A stretch of DNA of 64,000 nt, taken from Octopus sinensis. Its lineage: Eukaryota. Below, in pieces: positions 55,078-64,000 of this stretch (position 1 is the stretch's first letter; each line of letters starts with the position of its first letter). Location of the stretch: the NCBI RefSeq assembly GCF_006345805.1, contig NC_043000.1, positions 111,104,001 through 111,168,000 of the forward strand. The letters run 5' to 3'. Under the pieces are notes generated by a model. It had not been told where the DNA came from, did no database searches, and saw only the letters and a list, made by a program, of their open reading frames with translations. The position numbers were made by a program, and so were the translations under genes.

Positions 55078-55108
<31 letters not shown>

Positions 55109-55545
55109 CAGTAAGAGCATTTGAGTGAATGATAAGGGGAGTAGGTAGAGTCAATGATAAGTGAAAGATGGAGAGAGGAGGGGAAGAGAATAGAGTTTAA
55201 GAGAGACGGAGAAGGGAAGTAACAGTATGTGAGAACATAGAGAGAGGGGGAAAGTAACGGTGTGAGGGAAATAGCAAGAAAGGGGGAGAGATAAACCTTT
55301 CAGGGAAAGGAGAGAAAATTAGAGAGGAAGAGAGTAATAAAGTGAGAAGAAGATACGTAGAGAGAGGGTGAAGAAGAAAAACCGCAAAGAATGAGAAAAA
55401 GCTAGAGAGAAAGAGAGAGAGAAGAGCAGTGACAGTGTATGAGGAGTGAGAGAGAGGGGGAGAGAGAGAGAGAGAGGTAGAGGGAGGAGGAATTAAGAGT
55501 TCATAAGATTATGGTGAGGAGGACGAAAGAAAGAAGACAAAAGGC
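55000..55545. repeat. Degenerate GA-rich purine tract
   Basis: Almost exclusively G/A on the plus strand. Confidence 0.8.
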
Positions 55546-55953
55546 TGAGTGGAATATAAATATTTTTGATTTTACTCATTGAGACCGATTTATCTTTAAT
55601 TTTTTATTTGTTTCAGTTATTAGACTACGGCCATGCTGGGGCAACACCTTGGAGAGGTTTTAGTCCGACGAATCGACCCCGGCGCTTATTTATTTATTTA
55701 TTTTTTATTTCGGTATAGTATTTATTGCATTGGTCTGTTTTGCCGAACCGCTAAAGTTACGGAGATATAAACACACCAACACCGGTTGTCAAGCAGCGTG
55801 TGTGGTGGGGGTGGGGTGGGGGGCACAAACGCAAAGACACATATATCGGGCTTCGACACAGTTTCCGTTTACCAAATCCATACGGAGACGTAAACATACC
55901 AACATCAGTTGTTAATGCTGTAAGGGGAAGCACAAACACAGACACAAAAGTAT

Positions 55954-56002
<49 letters not shown>

Positions 56003-56246
56003 CATATACACATGTATGTATGACAGGCTTCTTTCAGTTTCCGTCTAACAAATCCATTCACAAGGCTTCATTCGGCCCGAAGATATAGTAGTAGTCACTT
56101 GCCCAAGGTGCCACGGTGTGGGACTGAACCTAAAACCACGCGATTGCAAAACGAGTTTCTCCACCACAGTCATACATACACTTGCAGTGTAGAAAAATAC
56201 CCTTAATTTCCCAACCACATGGATCCGGGTTCAGTCCCACGCACAC

Positions 56247-56325
<79 letters not shown>

Positions 56326-59053
56326 CATACATACATACATACATTCGGCCGAAACTGCAGGGATGATCTGGAACTCGACTGACGATAGAAAGCACCGAAT
56401 GACCCGCCCTTGTTTTTTCCTGTCGTTTTTTTTTGTATCGTCTAACTGTCCGGATATTTTGTTGACTCTTACGTTCTTGTTACATTTTTTTTTTGTTTTG
56501 TGTGAGTGTGTCTGTGTATTTGTCCACCTTGGGGCGGACCCAAAGGGAAGGGTCCTAAAGGGCACGTGCCCCACCTCAAGAAAAGACGTGCGCCCTTTTA
56601 AATAATGTTATTACACCCTTTTCTCCTGGCATTGTTATTCCCTTCTGACATTGTACTCTCCTTTCGAAAAATTCCTGGGATCGTACCTGCTACCACCGCT
56701 TGCCGACCACTATTCGTTTGTTTACGTCCCCATAAATTAGTGTTTCAGTCAAAGTGTACGATAGAATAAGTACCAAACTTTAAAAAAAAGTTTAAGTCCT
56801 GGGGTCGATTTGTTCGACTGAAACTTTTACAGGTGGTGCTCCAGCATGGCTGTAATCTATTAATTGAAACAGGTGTAAGCGATAACTGATGACTTAGTAT
56901 TGTACGCTAATTACGAAAATCACATTAATATTTATTTATTTGAGAAATTAGAAATGAAAAAGTTACGTTCCATTAAAGGCTGAAAGTTTTTGCCAATTCT
57001 GGCCAATCAGAAGTGTTCGTTATGGCTTATTTGTTGAAGCAAATAAGAGGAAAACACACGCCAATTCCGATATGTCGTTGATGGAAGCTTCTTGATCGGC
57101 TTAGATTAGTAAAAAATTCATTTCTAATGGTTCTTCACTGAATGATTTTCGTTAATTAGGATGCAAAGATAGATCTCTGGGGAAAATTTCAAAAAAAAAA
57201 AAAAAATGTGGCGCGGTGAATCAAACGGAAAAGATTCAATGTTGAATTTAGACCAAAAAGTAGGGTTTCTTTATAAAAAGTGCGGATGTCTTTATAAAGG
57301 TCCGCACTTGAATCATGGGTCTAACGTTCTGGTTACAGGTATTAAACAAACAAAATGATGGACTGAATATGACCTTCTGATTACTCAGCACAAATCACGT
57401 GGTTGTGTGACACTACAAGTCTTGTATTGACGTGGCAAGGGAGTTCACTCCCATATGAAAGGATAATAAATAAATAAGTAAATAAATAAATGAATAAAAA
57501 GATAAGACGGTTAGAGGGAGATAAGTGAGACTGTCAGATTACACATTCCGGCAGACGATAAGTCTGGACTGCAAACAACTGAAGAAAGACACCAAGGAGA
57601 TAGGCATGGCAGCTGAAACCAGCTCAAAGGGGATGCTTGTCAAGAGATCGTAGGTGGAACCCTTCGCAGGCGAGGGTTAATTCGGTCCTCACTGCTCTAA
57701 TAAGGCGAAGCGTACAAGGTAAGGGACGAAACATTTGTGACCCTGCAGTACCCGCTGACGATACGGACGGGTTTTAGAACAAAAGCTTACAACACCTCTG
57801 AGTAACTCCTGCAGATTCGATATACATCTCCGATATTCATTTAACCGTTCACACGTCTGAGTATTAAGTTATTGGGCCTTCATCTACCTGATGGTTTCAT
57901 AGGGGGTACCGTCGTGACATGCAGCGTGTCTTGGATGGGAGGGGGAATTTTTAAGACCTTGCAGTACCCATCGTTGTTGCAAACAATTGGTCTAGTGGTT
58001 AGGGTGTTGCACTGGCGATCACAAGATCAAGCGGTGCGTTGTGTTCTTGAGCCAAAAACTTCATTTCACATTGCACCACACCACTCTGCTGTAAACGACT
58101 AATGCTGCTATGGACCATTCAGGGTCAATGTTGGGGTCTTGGTCACTTATACGCTATGAACCCAGGTAACCGGCCCTGTGAACCCTAGCATTTGAGACAG
58201 GTAAGTCTTGGGGTCGAAGTTGATGGTGTAGCCTTGGCTCTCCATATCTAACCACAATTGGTCCCTTGGAGACAGGGAGAGGTTAGAAAAATGGTAAGAT
58301 CCTCAGAATTGAAGAGTGCGCTGCTGCTTGGATGGGTGTAGCTGTGAAACTATCTGAGATAATGGCTAGGGTGTCCGTGGATGGCTATATTTGTGGCCTG
58401 TGAGCATAGCTTACGCATGTGTTAGTTCAGTGGGGTATTTCTACAGCCACGAGCCTTCTATTTGTTTTAGTCATTGAACTGCGGCCTTGCTGGGGATCCA
58501 CCTTGATGTGTTTAGGTGAACAAATCAACCCCAGTTCTTAGGCAAACACAAACACAAAATCGCACGCGCGCGCGCGCACACACACACACACACACATACA
58601 CATGACAGGTTTCCACGCCGTTTCCATTTGGGTCCGAAGCACTGGGCCCGAAATTGAAGTCCATCGCCTGTTGAATTTATAAATCTATGGTTGCACTCTC
58701 CCGTTAATCTGACCTTTTTCACAGAGTGATATACACCAAAACGGCATAACTAATGAACTTTACAAATTCTTTTGTACATCTTTGACTTACAACTGTTTGA
58801 GATATGCATTATAGGTCCCTTAACAAATATTATCATCATCGAAGTTCATGCACCATTCGGTACACAGATTCCGATGATGATAGCATTTGTTAAGGTCATT
58901 CAATTGCTTCAGTCGATCAATCGACAGATTTATTAAACGGAACCATTAATGCACCTATAATGCATACCAGAAACAGGTGTAAGTCACGGATGCATTAACA
59001 ATATGTGAAGTTCATTATTCATGTCTTTTCTTTGATATGTGTGTGTGTGTGTA

Positions 59054-59260
59054 TCTATATATATAAAACTGAGAATGTGTGTGTGTCTGTCTGTGTGTGT
59101 GTCTGTCTGTATGTGTGCATCACTGACACTCGAGAACAATCCAAGCGATTTCATTCAAATTTTACACATACCTTACTTAGGGTCAATGGAGTGTCGTGGG
59201 CCAAACATTTTCAACTTCTTGTCTAATGCGATCCCGGAGCAATCTCTTACGCTGTTGCGG
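59054..59260 (+). mobile_element. Non-autonomous Helitron/Helentron-like fragment
   Basis: Starts TCTATATATATAAAACT, followed by (GTCT/GTGT)n and a CCCGGAGCAA half of a subterminal hairpin; 3' end not evident. Confidence 0.4.
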
Positions 59261-59819
59261 TATTAGGTGTCAAGAGTGAAACAATAACATCTCTATTGTA
59301 ATGTTATATAATAATTCTGCTTTATATGGTTTCAATTTCAATTACTTTCATTGTGTACATATATATATATATTAGGTTAATATATATGTGGGTGTCTTTT
59401 CAGAACATTCTCTGGTTTAAAAAGTCACATCAGATGCCATGATTCTAAGGTGTAGGTACAGGAAGTGTTCTATCTCTGCATAGAGAGTAGACAACCACCA
59501 TAAACATACACATAAAAGTATATATATAATTTTCTTTTTTTTTTAGAATGCGATAAAAAACCAAGGCTATGAAGATTTTAGAACATTTATAAATAGGTCT
59601 TACAGATGTTTCCAGTATATTTATTATATTCCTTCATCGGAGACGCTGTGAGAAAATGGTTAAGCAATAGTTAATTTAGATAAGATATGAAATAGAGAGT
59701 GAAGTGGAAGAATGATGTGAGATATGCAGGGATATTGCACTTGTAGATCCATTATTTAAGCAGAATGGTATACATATAAGATTCCAATACCTAACTCTTA
59801 TAACCTCTATTTAACGGAT

Positions 59820-60059
59820 ATAGCCTCCAGCCTTCATCAGGCGTCTTGGGGAAATTTCGAACCTGGGTTCTCATTCCTAAGGTATTTTTCTATGTTATTA
59901 TTATTATTATCATTATTATTGGGTGAGAGAGCAGTGCATGCCATCAAAGTGACACTGGGGTAAAATATACGAAGCCCAGTATACCCATCTGATAAGGGTA
60001 CACTAGGCACATTATTATTATTATTGTTGTTGTTGTTGTTATTATTATTATTATTATTA

Positions 60060-60114
<55 letters not shown>

Positions 60115-60190
60115 CATTAATGATAATAATAATAATAATAATATCGAAAAATACCTTAGGAATGAGAACCCAGGTTCGAAATTTCCCGAA
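59820..60190. repeat. Second copy of the same foldback family with a different central insert
   Basis: GGAAATTTCGAACCTGGGTTCTCATTCCTAAGGTATTTTT at about 59850 is inverted at about 60148-60187 around (ATT)n/(AAT)n. Confidence 0.75.
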
Positions 60191-60657
60191 TGGCTGAAAC
60201 AAGTAAAAGAATAAAAGAATGCCCCCCCACACACACACACACACACACGATCTATTTTTAGAACATTTTGGTCAAGGCGTTTGATGGAATGAGAGAAAGA
60301 AGGAGGCTGCAGCGAAGACGAAAGATTCCTGGCAATTCAGAACTCGCCAGAATTTTCAACAGAAGAAGCAGCAGTCGCAGTAGCAACAATAAATACTTGC
60401 AACAACAATAGCAACAACAACATCAACGATGCTGCTAATACTCCAAGAACAACAACAGTAAGACAACACTGTTGATGTTCTTTTACTTGTTTCAGACATA
60501 TGACTGCGGCCATGATGGAGCACCGCCTTTTAGTCGAACAAATGGACGCCAGGACTTATTTTTCGAAAGCCTAGGTACGTATTTTATCGGGCACTTTTGC
60601 CAGCATCGGTTGTCAAACGATGGCGGGGTGACAAATAGTCACACACGCGCGCGCACG

Positions 60658-60688
<31 letters not shown>

Positions 60689-60879
60689 ACACATATATCA
60701 TAATGGTATTTTTATATAAGCTTAAATCTTATGGCGACCACCGTGCAATGACGAGGAAAATAGTCTAAGAAAGAGGCATATAAGCCCTCGAAAGAAAAAA
60801 AGGCTTTCCTATCCGCGTGGATAGAAAAGCCTTGTGAGTGGATTTGGTAGACGGAAACTGGAAGAAGCCCGTCGTGTAT

Positions 60880-60981
<102 letters not shown>

Positions 60982-61374
60982 ATATTATGTATGTATATAT
61001 GTATGTGTGTGTGTGTGTCCCAACATCGCTTGACATTGATGCTGGTGTGTTTACGTCCCCGTAACCTAGCGGTTCGGTACAAGAGACCGATTGAATAAGT
61101 ACTAGGCTTACAAAGAATAAGTCCTGGGGTCGATTTGGTCGACTAAAGGCGGTGCTCCAGCATGGCCGCAGTCAAAATGACTGAAACGAATAGACGAATA
61201 AAGGCTTTGGTCGGCCCGAGGCTATAGTAGAAGACACTTGCCCAAGGTGCCACACAGAGGGACTGAATCCGGAACTATGTGGTTGAGAAGCAAGCTTCTT
61301 ACCACACAGCCACGCCTGCGTCTGTTAGTTCTTGAAATGTAGTTCTTGAAGTTGTTGAGTAATATTAATTTGGA

Positions 61375-62112
61375 ATTCCGACACAAAGCCAGCAATTTCG
61401 GGGTGGCCGATAAATCGACCCCAGTACGCAACTGGTACTTTATTTACCGACCCCGAAAGGATGAAGGACAAAGTCGACCTCGGCGGAATTTGAACTCAGA
61501 ATGTAAATGCAGACGAAATGCCGATGATGACAGCATTTGTTAAGGAACCGGCGTGCTAACGATTCTTTTCTATTTTAGGCACAAGCCCCAAAATTTGGTG
61601 GGGAGGGGGGAGCAGTCGATTAGATCGACGCCAGTACGCAACTGGTACTTAATTTATCGACCCTGAAAGCATGAAAGTCGACCTCGGTGGAATTTGAAGA
61701 CAGACAAAATAACTATTTCTTTACTACCCACAAGGGCTAAACACAGAGGGGACGAATAAGAACAGACAAACGGATTAAGTCGATTATATCGACCCCAGTG
61801 CGTAGCTGGTACTTAATTTATCGACCCTGAAAGCATGAAAGTCGATCTCGGTAGAATTTGAACACAGAACATAAAGACAGACGAAATACCTATTTCTTTA
61901 CTACCCACAAGGGGCTAAACACAGAGGGGACGAATAAGAAAAGACAAACGGATTAAGTCGATTATATCGATTCCAGTGCGTAACTGGTACTTATTTAATC
62001 GACCCCGAAAGGATGAAAGGCAAAGTCGACCACGGCGGAATTTGAACTCACAACGTAACGCAGACAAAATACCGCTAAGCATTTCGCCCGGCGTGCTAAC
62101 GTTTCTGCCAGC
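61375..62112 (-). mobile_element. SINE family B multimer cluster
   Basis: Repeated units of about 180 bp with the same GAAATAC|CTATTTCTTTACT junction. Confidence 0.75.
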
Positions 62113-64000
62113 TGTTCGATTTAATTTGTTGAGGAATGCTAACAGAACTTTGTTATTTTGACTGTTATTTACAATAACCAAAACATCCTCGTTACTATTC
62201 TGAAGACTTCAAAATTCCGCCGTTTTTGGTAAAGAAATAACTATTTAGTTCGTTTGGAAAACTTTGATTATATTTGTATGTTTATATACAGCACACCCCA
62301 CTTTCTATGCTTATATATAATACACCCTTAGTTCTATGTTTATATACAGCAAACCTCTCTTTCTGTGTCTATATACAGTATACTTTCTGTTTATATACAG
62401 CACACCGCTCTTTCTCTGTTTATATACAGCATATCCTGACTATGTGTTTAGATTTGGAATAGTTACAACTGTATTCAGGTTAGTGTTGTAGCAGCTTGAA
62501 TTAAAGAACTTTGTGGTGAAGGAGGAATTTTGGGACAGTTGTCCTTCGAAGTCCCATGCCTCCTTTTGGAAAAGAAAAGGGTATGAAAGTCTGAGTGTCA
62601 GCATGCAAAATGTGTGCAAAACATTTTAGTAAATTTAGGGGAAAGAATTCGTTGAAGCAGGCCCGGCTGTGTGGTTAGAAGCTAGCTTTGCGACCATATG
62701 GTTTTGGGTTTAGTCCCGCTGTGTGGCACTTTGGGCCGACCAAAGACTTGTGAATGGATTTCGTAGATGGAAACTGTATCGAAACCCGATAAGATGTGTG
62801 TGTATTTGTCTTCCTACCCACCATCCCACCTCACTGCTTGACAATTGGTTTTAGTTTGTTTACATCTCTGTAACTTAGCAGTTCGGCAAATGAGACCAAT
62901 ACAATAAATATCAGACTGGGGTCGATTTGTTTGTCTAAGCCCTTCAAGATGGTGCCCCAGCATGGCCGTAGACCAATGACTGAAACAAGTAAAAATTGCT
63001 TAAAAAAAAATTTGATAAGCATATTTTCCGTTTGATGTAAAACTGAAATACTAAAAAAGCAACGAAGGTTTTTTCCTTTCTTGTGTGGAATAGGTCTTCG
63101 AAGGTCTGCTAGTCCCAAAAAACTCCATCAGAATGGCGAAGGGACGTGCTGCGCTACATGATGCCCCTGAACTTTAAGGCTCTTTCGCAACAAAATTAAA
63201 ACTACGCGCTATTTTGGCGGTGACGTTATCTCTCGTATGTGGGCGTTCCTAACTAGTATTTGCAGGGTGCATTGTTCGACGCACAGTCATATATAATAAT
63301 ATCTAAACCAGGAGATTGTGAGAGTATCACCATTTACTTCACAAATTTTCAAACCTAATGAGAGAGGAATAAGTTAAGGGACCCTGTAGAGGTGGTCACC
63401 CCGCTAGAAATAGCAGCCAAATAGCATTCAACTCTTATTCTTAATGCTTAAGATAAAGATATATTACATGATATTGTCCCAATATTACCCAGATAAAAAA
63501 ACACAAGATGGTCACGGCTGGAATGTGCTTGGATCGAGCTAACCTGTGGCTAAACAGCTACAAAACCACAACAAAGACAACAGCGACGTCGAACGTACGA
63601 ACCAACTTAGTTTTCCTCTGTATAAATATTTATCAATTTCCCCCCTAAAAAAAACCGAATCCTAAGCCCTACCCCCACGCCCCAGCACCTTAAAAAAACA
63701 TTGAAGCACATTTTATAAGAAAAAATATTTGAAATATTTCTCTAAATAACTCTAGAAAACGGAACGTCGGGCAACAGGTGGGAGGGGGTAGCTCTGTTAT
63801 CGGCCTGCGAGAAATAGCAGCCAAATCCCACTCGAATCACTATCAGCTGTTGGAAATAAATAAAAACAATATGATGTCATGAACAAAGGAGTCCTTGATA
63901 GAGGTCATTCGGTCTGCTAGAAGCAGCAGTCAAACCTCAGGCTTATTGCTATACGTGTATAGGTATGTATGTTCATAGATAGATAGATGGATATAGATAG

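Overview
Repeat-dense animal genomic DNA, most likely Octopus or a related coleoid cephalopod, judged from the SINE families and the very dense (AT)n/(GATA)n/(AC)n microsatellites. Two spliced protein-coding genes can be rebuilt by hand, arranged tail to tail. (1) Plus strand, 3 coding exons, join(7520..7848,14506..17083,29632..29937), 1070 aa. It is a single-pass receptor with a signal peptide, a bacterial-type PstS phosphate-binding ectodomain, a TM helix, a kinase-homology (pseudokinase) domain, a signalling helix, and a class III cyclase domain that has lost essentially all catalytic residues. This is the most unusual object in the window. (2) Minus strand, 5 coding exons, complement(join(35336..35442,37938..38031,42775..42897,46162..46313,48006..48174)), 214 aa. 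It is a divergent Rab5-family GTPase with a CCxxx prenylation motif. The rest is mobile DNA: tRNA-derived SINEs (some multimeric), R4/Dong-like, RTE and Tx1-like LINE fragments, a full-length dead mariner, a maT-like relic, hAT MITEs, and Penelope-type foldback repeats carrying minimal hammerhead-ribozyme motifs. Most ORFs in the supplied track are microsatellite artefacts. All alignments were done by eye; no database search was run.
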